Shown piece after piece: positions 36,781-49,775 of a stretch of 64,000 nucleotides of DNA. The notes under the pieces are model-generated. The model was not told the origin of the DNA and did not search any database. It saw nothing but the letters and a program-made list of their open reading frames with translations. Every line of letters starts with the position of its first letter. The stretch's first letter is position 1. Position numbers and translations under genes: made by a program. Origin of the DNA: Hydrolagus affinis (lineage: Eukaryota); assembly GCA_012026655.1 (NCBI GenBank), contig JAAILG010000241.1, positions 1-64,000 of the forward strand, in the 5' to 3' direction.

Positions 36781-37582
36781 TTATAACAACATTTCTTTTA
36801 TTAGGATGAGTTTTATTCTATCCTTAAATTACTACTGTAAAGATTTGATATTATTTATATTTCACTAGCACAACACATGCTGCTGTTCACTAAGATTTTC
36901 ATCAACCTATTTCTCTAATTCTCTACAAGATTTGGATTTCTTTCATTGAAAAGTGCATACCGAATAAACAAATGAATGATGTCCTCTTTGCAATGTCTTA
37001 TTGGAAGATTCTGGCAATAAATAGAGCTAATATCTAATTTTACTCCTCAGTATAGAGTTATTCGTGAAATTTTAAACCATCAATTATTGCAAGAATTGGG
37101 CTATTGTGCAAGATGAGATGAGACTATTCAGAAGTTTTTTTTTCTCAATTTCTTTTATTAGAAACATCAAGAACAAAATCAATCTAGCTCCAAGTAACTC
37201 TGACCATTAATGGCTATCGCAGCAGGAAGAGTCTGTAACACATAAAAGTGCCCATTTCCTAAATGGAAATTATCCAGTTTACCTTTCAATGCTGGCAAGG
37301 TGACCAGAAAATTTACACTCTTCTGGCAGAAGCTGACCACTTTATACCAAACCTTACATCTAAATACCATAATCAAGAAAACCAGGGCATCTACATTCAA
37401 TTATCAACCATGCAATTTTCACTACAGGGAGAAAGTGAAGTAAATCATGTTGGAATACATTCAGAAGTACAGCGTTATCACGGTGAATTAGAAACTACAC
37501 ACTGAGGGGAAAAAAAAAATAATTTTGAGGAAAAATAAAAATCGCCTTTGCCACTTTGATCTTAGTAACTATATGCATATAC

Positions 37583-37620
<38 letters not shown>

Positions 37621-40619
37621 CATTAGCCAAAGTGATGTTAATTGGGAACTAAACTAGACTATGTTATGTACTTTTTGTGATTGGAAGCTAGAAGGTTGAA
37701 GTGCTCTAATTAACTGTTCTGTGTTGTATGTACCATTCTTTGACTTCCTTAATATTTTGATAACACTTCTGTGTACAGTGGGGTGCACTGTAAAAATGGT
37801 TGCTGGTCAGCTTGTTTGGCTTATCTGGTTTCTGTTGACGTCACTTCTGGTACGGTGTGCTTGGACACAGGAAGCCAACAGCTGCTCTGTCAAGCATTTC
37901 CAGTAGTTGCTGGAACCCCATTAGATACTGGGAGGTTGTATGCAGGAAGCCAGCTTGTCAGTGTCAGAAGCTGGTAGAGTATTGCATATCTGCAGGTCCA
38001 CATTATACTTTCAATACAAGCCAAGCTCTGCTACACCAAGATGCATTTTAGCGTGATTGGCCTGTACCCGAAAAGACATGAATTATTTTAGTTTTCATGC
38101 GTATTGCTCAATTTCAGGAAGAGATGCATATTCCCTATTTGAGTATAATTATTTTTGCAGGAATGTATCTGTAGTGATATCAGTCTAAGATAATGTAATA
38201 ATTAATTCAAAATTACTTGTTCATATATGTTATTACATGAAACATTAAAAGTGTGAGTTTCACCAAGTTACAAATATTCTAATTTACATTTCTAGGCCCT
38301 TTTTATATATTGGTATAAAAACTATTGCTTAGGCCTACTGTCAAAATCTATGGTGCACTTCATTTGTCAAATTTCTATTTAGAGAGAAATTCGAAAGCAT
38401 CACTTGGTGTGAGCCGTCAGTACTGGAGACAGCATCAAATAGTTGTGCGTGTATTCATACATCTTCTCCCCCATTTGTTTGAAAGGAGTTGTTTTAATCC
38501 ACAATACAAATGTATTTACTGCTAGTGCTCTCCATTACTCCAAATCAAAATGTCCTAAATGATTCATTTTGACTACCCAAACTGAATTGTCTGCCTTAGC
38601 AATGAATAAAAGATTCTAAAAAATCCAGCAGCTCCATAATAAGATCACGTAGTGGGAGAGCTTATGTATGTCCTGGTTGTCAAGTTTACTTAGTTCTCAT
38701 TTACTCATAAATGTCTTGGGAGGCAGTTTGGCATTTATTTACTGCCCAGGGGCCATTCATTGCCTCATAAATTTGTGAGATTCTAAGGTATATTGCTTAA
38801 TGAACAAATAGTGATCAAGCACATTACTTTCCCATTAGACCCCCAGTTTCACTCATGTTTACACCCCCAAGAGAAAGAGCTTTTGCAAATACAATGTACT
38901 GTAATATGTTTACAAATATGCAGCTTTAGTATCTACTGCACAGCATCAACAAGAGTCTGTACAAGAGTCCAAACTAAAAATATACAGAAGATACAATATT
39001 CCAATCCTACTATACTGCACTGCAGTCATCTAAGAGGCCATCTGCCCTGTCCCTTCCCTCAAAGATTTTCTTCTCTATTTTTAGTTTCTAATACTTTTCA
39101 CTGTTGTGTCAGCAACTGTTACTTGCTGATATGCCATTAGCATTTTGAAAGCATGCCTGAACGTTTTTCTTAATATCTTCAAAATGTAATATTGTGTCAA
39201 TTGAGGTACCATCAAAACATACCATTAGTCATTTAAGTCGTTAACTTGTTGCATGCACCATTTATGACACAGGTGTTGTTTCACAACGTCCAACGATAGA
39301 AACATCCAGCTCAATATGTTTTGGTGACTCAGGTTATACAGAATGACAATGTGTGGATACCCAACTTGGTGATTTTCCCTGTCTCATTTAGGCCAAAAGT
39401 GCATTTACAGGTTAAAGTACAGAAATCCCTATATTATACTGTTGATGCACATACATGTTGGGTAGCCCATCAATGGAAAGCATTGTTGCATCATCTCCTT
39501 GGCTCCAGTTTATTCCAAAAGGCAATGATCTCTCTTTCTCTTTGAATGGTATGTAAAATGAGTTTGTACAGCCTTCATGGATAGGGACATATACACAACA
39601 TTTACTCTCATTTGCACTGATTACCGTTAATTTCTCCAATGCTTCCAAAGGGCAAATTTACAGAGTTTAATGGCAATGGACTTACCATTGAGTAAAGTTG
39701 ATGTAAAGTATTCAATACTGACACCAGATGTAAAGTGAAACAATGTTCTGGCACTTGCGTTGATAGATCAAAGATCATAAATTCTGCATTTGCTGCTAAC
39801 CTCCTCATACAGAATTTGTAAAAATCTGTTTGTCTTGTTTTGAGAGACGTATTTCATTCAAAGACCCATGGTGATTCAATATCTGCTTTTAGTTATAAAT
39901 TCAATATGTTGGCTTATTTTAAAGAATCACATGATCTCACCTAACAGACATTCTGAATGTAACATTAAAATAATGAGTGACTGCATAATACTGTACTGAG
40001 ATTATTTGCATTCTGCAACATTATTTATGCTGCTTCAGTTTTCAAATCAATGCTGAAAATGCAGTGAAAGTGACTTCTGACACACAATCCAAAATCAATC
40101 TTCATTTCTGGTTGGCGGACGAACACTCTTCACAAGGTGATTTTGGAAGAAAATCAATGTATTCTGCTGCAATTTAGATACAAGTGCGATAGATAATACA
40201 TCTGACTCATTATGTCCCCGTAATGTATATTTTATACATTGAAAACAAAGTTCCAAACATCTCCAAAAGGGTTCAACAGTTTAAACTTTTTAAAATATGC
40301 GCAGTGGGTGCTACCACTGATTCAACACTGCACCCAAGACAGTGATCTAAATCTCAAAAAGGTTTTAAATTGTCAAAATATTAATTGTTAAGGAGTCTGA
40401 GTAGGACTGGGAATTTCTTCATTCTATGTTGGTGTGAGCATACAGTACTGTACAGTATAAACCCAATCTGTCTGATCTCATTAACCTCAAACTAGGGATA
40501 TTGCATTGCCTCGAGCAGCATGAACGGTTTTAAAAAAAAACAATTCCCATGCTAATGTTCAAGACATACCAACCCCTTATACATACAAACCACTAATAAT
40601 ACATATCCACAAATGTTTT

Positions 40620-41650
40620 TGCCTTCCGACGCCACCTGGTCTCCATCCTTTGCCCCTTTTGCTAATCTACATGCTCCCTCTCAGTGATGTAATCCACAGC
40701 ATGGGGTCAACTTCCACATGTATGCCACTCAAATCTACTTTTCCTCCTCCAGTTGTGACACCCAGTCTGCTGATGTGCTGTCAGCTTGTTTGACAGACAT
40801 CAGGCCTAGATAAGTGCAAATTTCCTACAGCTGAATGTTAGGGCAAGAAGGAAGCCATGCTATTTGGCTCTTGGCAATGTCTTCTCTGCTGCAGGTCTGA
40901 ACTCCTGAACTCTCCTGGGCCCACATGCATTCCCTGACCAGGAACACTTTTTTCCATCACCATCGCATTACCTGTCTTGGTGCATATCTCACAACCAATG
41001 CATTCGAAACCCTCATTTCATATCTTTGTCACTTACCTCCTCCCTGGTCTCCCCAGCTCCACCATACACAAAATTCAATGAATCCAAAAGTCTGCTGCCC
41101 AGATATTCACTTGCACCAAACTCCCTACCCCCCATCACTCCAGTTCTTGGCAGACTCCACTGGCTCCCAATTACCAAACGGATCGATTGGCTCTTGGCAA
41201 CTTCTTCTCTGCTGCAGGTCTGAACCCCTCAACCCTCCCGGGCCCACATGCATTCCCTGAACAGGAACACTTGTCCTCTCACTCATTTTCAAATCCCTTC
41301 AATCCCTCGCACCTCCCTACGTATCCGATCTGCTTACACCCCACTCCACCACCCATTGGATCAGCTTGGCTGGCTCCGATCCGACCTTGTGTTAGTCGCT
41401 CGTGGCTACCTGTCATTGGTGGCCGTACCTTCAGCCACTACGCTCTGAGACTCTGGAACTCCCATCTTCAATCGCTCTGCCTTGCCATCCTCACTCCCCA
41501 CTTTCAAATTGTGCCTAAAACCCTTTTTGATCGTGCTTATATAGTCGCCTCCCCCCAACTCCTTCTCCCCTGGCTCGGCATCAGACTCCTTTCCTGTCAA
41601 GTGCTCCCAGACCCTACCCTGCATGAAGGCCGCCATATAAATGTTGCGGT
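40620..41650 (+). mobile_element. L2 LINE ORF2 3' part, degenerate and rearranged
   Basis: PITPVLGRLHWLPITKRI and GGRTFSHYALRLWNS motifs; tail at ~41600-41645. Confidence 0.88.
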
Positions 41651-42689
41651 TGAAGGAGCTATATTCAAAATAGTAACATTTAATTCAATCAATTGTGGAG
41701 GACACTTTTGGTGCATTACCTGATGGAATAATACTAACAATTTGCAAGTAACTATAATGTGACCAAAACGTTGTGATACCATTAAAATATCTAATAAGTT
41801 TTTTTTAAATAATGATTTTTTTTAGATAATTCAATAGATATCCCGACTTTTTGCTCAACCTGTATTTAAAAAAAATTAAAATGCAATTGATTAGTGGGCA
41901 TGTTACAAAAGTCATTCATTCCAAATCTAGCTTTTAGCAGGATTGTTTTCCTATCTGTCACCTATTTTTACACAATAGGTTCACCCAACCAGACTCCAAA
42001 CTATTCCAACATCAGTCCCACAGTATAAGAAACATGTCATTCATAGCTTGAGGAGAGGGACTGTATTAGCTGAAGACTTGTGCCAGCCTAGATTATGAAT
42101 TCCAGGACCCTGAAGTAGAACCCACAACCTTGTGAACTACAGGCTAAAGTGCGACCAACTGATGCATGTTTGCAGCAGAAATAACAACAAAAGGCTTGTT
42201 AAAGTTCCTAAACCCAAACCATTTGCAGCTGAGAGCTGCAGCTGATTGCTTCGTAAAAATCATGTCACACATTTTAACTTAAGACAGAAATAGAGTTCCT
42301 GATATGCGTTGTACTTTAATGCGTTCATGGTGATGCATTAATTCCAGACACTTTATCTAGTAATCTTGTGATAACCATCATTTGAGTCATATTGGTGACT
42401 ACCCAGTCCTGCAGAATCAACTTAAAACCGTTTATTAAATACTTTCTATCTAGATTCACAGTATTCCATGACTACATTAGAAAAATAAAAAATGAACTAC
42501 GTTTTATTCTAAACATATCATAATAGGGCAAAAATGGTGTATATGAAAAATAGCCAATATAAATAAGTAAATAAATAATGGTACGTCGATTCTTTATTCT
42601 TTTATTCATAACAGGAAATATATTGGCATCGTTTTGCCTTGAAACAGAATATCTGACTGTTTTTCATAACTGAAGCCATTCTCTGCATA

Positions 42690-42706
42690 ACTCGCTAGAG
42701 GGCGGT
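42690..42706 (+). promoter_or_regulatory. Candidate CTCF motif upstream of exon 1-beta
   Basis: ACTCGCTAGAGGGCGGT resembles the CTCF core (..CTAGAGGGCG..) and retains CpGs in AT-rich context. Confidence 0.45.
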
Positions 42707-43532
42707 CTTATCTCTTCATTTGCAAACACTCAAATTCCAGAGTATCACAGGGAAACTGCTGTATTTCGCTATTATCAATATTTAGAAGAAAATAAATTAA
42801 TATATTAAATAATTCCCACCTCTCATAAACCAATTAGGAATTGGGCGGTAATGGTTGAGCTGTGAGGGAGTTGAACACTGATTTATGTAGTATGATCTGA
42901 ACTTACTATTGAGTGTTATATATGAGATCTCAGAGGTTTAGATGTTGTGAAAAGTAAATGTTAACAGTGAGTATAAACACTCAATGAAGGTTCAGCACAG
43001 TATGAGGTAGATTGTGTGAATAACATACTACTCGTGGGTTTATGAGTCAAACTGGAGAAAAAGATAAGGATTATTGTAAGTCTTATATATACAGTATATG
43101 ATTTTTGGTTCCAACTGAGTGCGTTCTCTGTTCCTTTTTTTAAAAAAAAGTGCAAACACTACGTCAGAAAGAATATAATGCATTTTGTGGATTAAAAAAA
43201 CCCAGCAGTTTGAATTTGAAATTGTATAATAGTCACCTGATTGAAATAAACCAATTTCGATTTAGCTGCCACTGATCCAGGAGTAAAATCAAAGCAATCA
43301 ATAGTATCAGCTAATGTTTGTGAACTCCACGACCCAGTTTTTTTTAAAAATATATAAGGGAATATCTAATCATCAATAAAAGCAACATTTATTTAGATAA
43401 TGCCACTATTTTTTTAAAAAAAAAGGCTCTTTTAGTTGTTCTCCTTAGTCACAAGGATCGACTTAACTCAAATACACGTCCCTTCAACTTGCTAAACTTA
43501 CTACCTGACTGACAAATTCCAGGAGTTTTACA

Positions 43533-43632
43533 NNNNNNNNNNNNNNNNNNNNNNNNNNNNNNNNNNNNNNNNNNNNNNNNNNNNNNNNNNNNNNNNNNNN
43601 NNNNNNNNNNNNNNNNNNNNNNNNNNNNNNNN
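43533..43632. other. Assembly gap (100 N)
   Basis: Run of exactly 100 N, i.e. a placeholder of unknown true size. Confidence 1.
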
Positions 43633-43964
43633 AAAGCAACGTGTGGGTTGTGTGTGTGTGTAAAAAAAAGTTGAGTTGAGTTGCAGGAGCTGAGAGAGCC
43701 TGTAGGAGCCAGACTTGCATTACTCCATCGAGCGTTGACGTAGGCTGAGCAACACAGTGTTGAGTTGAGGAGACTCTATTCCAGCAGGAAAGGCTTTCAC
43801 TAAAACCACCAGCAGCGCTACATTTTACACAAGGCTTTCTCCCCCCACCACCCCCCCCCACCTCCCACCCCACTAAAAACAAGTCCTCTCACCAGCAACA
43901 CCCCAATCGCCTTCTCCACCACAAGTTTATTCCCCCCTTCACCCCCCCGCCCCCCACCCCACCC

Positions 43965-44004
<40 letters not shown>

Positions 44005-44175
44005 TATTTTTCAAACTACAGCCAGGAAATCGCAAGTGAGCACGGAAATTCCTTTTCTGAAGTTCTGAGGCTACTTTGGAAAGTTGAGGCAATTTTTTTT
44101 GTTGGGGTGTGGGGGTGGGGGGGTGGGGGGGGTGGTGGTTTGAAGTCGGTCCCCCAGCCTGGATTGATTTGCTAA

Positions 44176-44489
44176 ATGGGGACATTGCGGGACCTACAGT
44201 ACGCCTTGCAGGAGAAAATAGAAGAACTGAGGCAGCGAGATGCTCTGATAGACGAGCTGGAGCTGGAGCTCGATCAGAAGGATGAACTCATTCAGAAGCT
44301 GCAGAACGAGCTGGACAAGTATCGCTCTGTCATCAAACCAGCCACCAAACAAGCCCAGAAAGAAGCCCCCAGCGCCCTCCTACATGAGCAGCAGAGGACC
44401 AAGAGACAAGCCATCTCAGCAGAACCCGCCGTCTTCGATATCCAGGATCTCAGCCAAGTCACCCTGCCTTTCTACCCGAAAAGTCCACA
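44176..44489 (+). CDS. PRKG1: PRKG1 alternative first exon 1-beta (leucine zipper and autoinhibitory region)
   Basis: [53 protein letters not shown]...KRQAISAEP...PFYPKSPQ; 314 nt, phase-2 donor CA|GTAAGC. Confidence 0.98.
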
Positions 44490-45265
44490 GTAAGCAGCCA
44501 TATCTCTCTTTCTCTCTCTCTCTCCCCTCACCTCTCCCCCCCCACCCCTCTTCATCCCTCTCTATATTCTCGACCTCATCCTCAACTCTTGTCACATTTT
44601 AAAGGAAATCCAATCCATCGCTCGGTGTCTAGACAGCTCTAGGGTTAAAAGTCGACCACCGTTACATGTGCTCGAATCGATTCTAATGTGAAGGATTAAT
44701 CGATAAGTTAGTTGTGAATGGAGAGCTGTGTACCTGTAGGAGGGATATTGATTGTGTTCATAAGGACTAGGTCACATTATACCAACCCCTCCACCACCAC
44801 ACACACACACACATACACACGCGTTTGTGCTACTGTATTTGTATAGTATCATTTAGTAGTCACATTTTAGAAGGAAATGGAATCTCTCTCTATATATATA
44901 TATATTATATGTATATGTTCTATATAATAAAGCTCCAATCCGATACGAAACCCAAGCGCTTTGAGATGTTGATAAAATGTGAAAAGCACTCTATCAAATG
45001 CAAGGATTCTTATTATTTATTATTATAATCCAAACAAAGGAAACTGCGCAGACTGGGGCGGTCGCACCAAGTGAAGATGTACCCAGCAATAGTTAAATGT
45101 GAACAGAAAAGTCAGTGTTAAGGTACCAGCGATTTGCAGAGCACTGGAGAGAGAGATAGAGAGAGCCAGAGAGGCTGTTTGAATGTGTAACACTGCACCA
45201 AATGACACAACCTCACTCACACCTTTGTCTGTTTCATTGAATTACGTGCGATTGCACCATACAGT

Positions 45266-45570
45266 GAAGTCCTGTAGTTCGGTGGTTAGAGCACTCGCCT
45301 TCAAAGCGAGAGACCTGGGTTCATTCAGTTCCAGGCAGGGTGAAACCTTGGGCAAGTTTCCTTACTTCACACACCTGATAATAATCCCTCAAGAAAAAAG
45401 AACAAGAATTTAGAAAAATTGGTCACTTCAATATACGACTGTTTGTGGGACACTGCTGTGCACATTTCACCAACAAATATACAGTCAATTCACTTTATAT
45501 TCCGTGAAGCGCTTTGAGATGTCTAGAAGGCATGAAAAGCGCTATATAAAATGCAAGGATTATTATTGTT
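45266..45570 (+). mobile_element. tRNA-derived SINE
   Basis: Same family as 15887 and 23816. Confidence 0.92.
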
Positions 45571-45814
45571 ATGGGTATCTTCAATAACATGCTGTAACAT
45601 GTATGTCACTGAAATAGTAATGAATGTAATAGTTCTGCTTGCACTTGCTATACTGTACTGCCTTATCACGTCAGGAAAACGGTTCAAAACGCTAAACAGG
45701 AATTTCAGCGCCTTGCGTCCTCCTCCCGGCTCTACATCAATGCAAGTTGTTGTTGTTGAAGTAGAGTGACTGTAGATTTATAGCAAACACAACAACACAA
45801 TTGTGCACAGTAAT

Positions 45815-46323
45815 TTGTGGACTGTGGAGGATTGTGGATACTGGAAGAAATTCCTTTCTCTTTTCGAATAATGCCATGGGATCTTTAACGTCCACCTGAA
45901 CAGGCGGACCCTGGTTTAACATTTCATCCAAGGAATGGAACATTCATCAATGCAACCGCCCCCCCCACCCTCCCCCATCCCCCCACACTCCCCCATTCCC
46001 CCACACTCCCCCACCCCCCCACTCTCCCCCAACCCCCACCCTCCTCCACTCCCCACCTCAGCACTGCAGTGGAGTATCATCTTAGGCTATGTGTAACATA
46101 GTCCATAACATAACAGTGTAACATACATTTTGTCGACAAAATATAGTCAATTCACTTTACAGTATATTCTGTGAAGTGCTTTGAGATGTTTTGAAGACAT
46201 GATAATGAGCTGTATCAAATGCAATGATTATTATTATAATGTGAGTTCAAGTTCCAAGTGCGACCTGAACCCACAGCTTTCTGACTAAGAGGTAAGAGCA
46301 CTACCACTGAGCCAGGCTAACAC
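45815..46323 (-). mobile_element. Deu-domain-like SINE interrupted by a C-rich simple repeat (45959-46037) and a nested SINE tail (~46130-46220)
   Basis: gccatgggatctttaacgtccacctgaacag body; head gactaagaggtaagagcactaccactgagccaggctaacac. Confidence 0.78.
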
Positions 46324-46747
46324 CAAAATTACATTTGTATAGCACATTACATGTGTGTAACGTCAGAAGGACACAAAGGATCACATGGAAGGAATAGTGA
46401 GACAGGTCCTCCTACAGTACACTATTTCTAATATATATTGAAGTTCTTTTACTTTTTTTTCACTGAATGTATTCTGAGCCCAGACTTTTATCTATTATGA
46501 AATACAGTAATGATTATGCGAAGCTGCAGTGTAGTTTGAATCAGAGTTTGCAAGATTTTGAATACATAAAAAAGTTTTAAAAAAAAGTAAAGTGATAAGT
46601 GAATGACAAACATATCCAGATTTAAATAAGGACATGTTATTGGAGCATCGTTGTTTGTCTTTCTCACTGAGTTATATGTGCTGCTGGTCAATGTTGGTGT
46701 GAAAATGGATTCTGATAATGAGCAGGCCCCTGTATTAGAAAGATGGA

Positions 46748-46908
46748 GTAATAATAATAATAATATTTGCGTGTGATACAGTGCCTTATCATATCGATGA
46801 GACATCTCAAAGTGCTTCACAGAATATACTGTAAAGTGAATTGACTGTATATTTTTGTGAGCAAAACGAGGCAACCAGAGCAGTATTCCACAAACAGTTG
46901 TGGATTGA
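46748..46908 (-). mobile_element. 3' half of tRNA-derived SINE
   Basis: cttcacagaatatactgtaaagtgaattgactgtat family motif, reverse orientation. Confidence 0.85.
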
Positions 46909-49539
46909 ACAAACTTGTTTTTTTTTTACAGAGGTGGGTAATGTAAATCTCCTAGTAACTAATGAGCCAACCTCAACTCTATACTGTTTAACAGTATTAT
47001 ACATTTGTTTGGCAATGCTTATATAATGCATCTATTCTTGACATTTTTGGGAGGGAGTCCATAGAAACTGCTGTCCAGATGCAACTACTCAAACATGCAT
47101 CATGCATTCATTGACTCATGAGCATCTTTAAAGGCTGTATTTAATTATATCATGTGTATCCCAATCTGTAAATGTAATTTTGCAGTTGAGGAATGCATTG
47201 GGGATCCTTGAGATTATATCGTGTGTTGTATAACATCCATGATATATTGCATGCCGCACATTCCATGCCATGGTATCCAGTCAGATTTGGGCACAATTTG
47301 CAGACATTTTAGATTGTTTCCATCCTTTATTTTTGGAGTTGATTACACATATTCCCTGTATGACTCATCAATGGATATTACAATATATCTGTGAAACCAA
47401 TAATGCGGTAATTGTTATCCTGAGGATTCAATTTGTCGCTTAGATTCTCTGCTAGTTGCTGATAAAGTTCCACAAAGCTGGTTATTACTGAGGCGCAGTC
47501 TTGAACGAATCGTCTCAATTTTTGCTACAAGGGCAGAAATTGATTGTGTTTCTACAATGCAATAACGTGTAAGAAGAATAATGGGTTAGAGCGAACCTTC
47601 GAAGGCAATCTCGATCTGTGATATGATGAATCTAAGGGGTTTCAGTGCAACAGCAAACAGTGCACCTGTTGATGGATCTAATTAATACTGCTCAGTGTTT
47701 GTACGTGTAGTTTATGCCCCGGTAAGCCATTGAAAGGGACTGAAGTTGCTTCTGAACCAGCGTTCTTAATCTTGTGGTTTCCACTCAGGTCACAGTAGCT
47801 ATTTGTTGCTCTAGCCTTTATTTGCTTGTGTGTTACTTCCCCTAGCCCCCCTCGCCCCAACTGCATTTTATTGTTACAACATTATTGTTAACAGCAGGTA
47901 GATAAAACAACAATACAAGAATGTAGAATTCCCCCAAATAAACGTGTTTTTCAAAATGTTTTGGTATAAGCAACACTTTCAGTCAATTATGTGCTAAAAA
48001 CATTGCATTCTGTTCCATTGTGTCCATTTACTTGGCTTGTAGAAGTGTTGATATCTTATGTATACGTGTATCAAAGAATGTCATAACCTAGATGTATGAA
48101 ACATACATCCGGACTATGCATACGATACATACAGGACTTGTTTCACTAAAACGATATTGATGTCTGTCAGTGAGTTACACAGAATTTAAACTGCAATACC
48201 AAAACCCTTCCGCTTCCCACCCAGACATTTTATCACATATTCCTTCTGCTAGGTTACCCATGAGCTGGGTCTGATATAAATACCAATAGTTGTGCGTGAA
48301 CGCTCAAGTGAGTTCAATATTTTTTCAAATCAACTCAATGCAGTGATATTGGGTTTGTGCATTGGAGTAGAGCTGGGGATACACCTGAACTGTAAAGAGA
48401 CATATCATAGAATTATACAGCACAGAAGGAGGTCTTTGGCCCATTGTGTCTGTGTCGACTCTTTTAAAAGAACTAAACAAATCAATTGCACTCCCCCGCT
48501 CTTTCACCATAGCCCTGCAAACTTATCCTCACCAAATGTGGCATTACAAGTATTATTCTGGATGGCAGCTTTTTGTTTTGGTGTCCTGTTCCATGTTGCT
48601 TGTATTGGAGAGTGAGTACAAGGTACCAGTTGGTATAAACGGGTGATTCGCTGTATCTTTATCTAATTTAACAATTGAGTGTAGTCACAAGTAACAAGAA
48701 AAGTGTCTACATTGTATCGCCAATGAAGCCTTGATAAAAACAAAGATTTCCATTTGAAAAGCTCAAAAATAGGAGAGTTCTAAAGTGAATTTACCAACAC
48801 ACTCTCATGTCACAAGAGCTCGCTGTTAATCCACAGCAAATAAGTCAAACTGTACCAAAGACAGGTTATCACAGATCAAGACCTATTTGATTATGACAGT
48901 CAAAAGGATTTGTCAACTATCACCATTAAATTGAGTTTGTGATTTCAAATGCATTTATTTACATGAATGTCATTTCCTAAATTCAATAGTCGATGGAAAA
49001 ATCCTCTTCTCCCATAATCAAGTAGGTCATTTTTTCAGCTTTTCAAATCTTTCAGTGCTGATATCAAACTGCTTCTGTGTAGGGAATCTGTTAATTCAGA
49101 TTGATTTTAACAGCAGAAACTTGTCAATTCAATTAGATTTGAGGACCTTTCAATTCAACTACAAATCCATCCTGCACAGAATAACAATCCTTATATTTGA
49201 CACTATAAACTGCCATGAGGCAAACATGGCTGCCAAATTGTGTACAGCAATGTCCTGCATTATAACGGTGGAAATAGTTAGTGTCCAATTTAATACATTT
49301 AAGATAGTTGGCCAGAAATGACAGGACCTTCCATCTTGGTGAGATGCTGCACAGATTATTTCGAAATAACTGTAAAGTCAAACCTAAATTGAATCATAAG
49401 AGAAGAATTCCAGTGTTTCCTATCAGACATTTAGCTAAAAAATGTTTTGCTATTGTATCTGTAACACAGCACTTGGGAAATGCCAACGCCTGCCAAACAC
49501 ATTCTGCACAATTATAGTCTGATCTTGTTTGCTCCAATC

Positions 49540-49775
49540 AACAACAATTACATTCGTAACGCGCCTTTCACATCAGCAGGATTTCCCAAGTTGCAGGACT
49601 GACAGTATTCGGACCCAAGCTAGGGGTGGAGATAGGAGAGGATGGAGGGTTGGGGAATGATGATAGGAATCCTTTTCAGGATTGATTACTATATCTGACA
49701 CAGTGACTTTCCAGCGCCTTGGGACGTCCTCTTGACGTGAAAGGCGTTATATACGTGTAATTTTGTTGATGTTGA
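49540..49775. mobile_element. Two L2 3' tails in opposite orientation
   Basis: 49540-49660 on minus, 49700-49775 on plus. Confidence 0.8.

Noticed and set aside
41187-41723. 178-aa ORF
   Set aside because: Remnant of L2 ORF2 in mixed frames, not a host gene.
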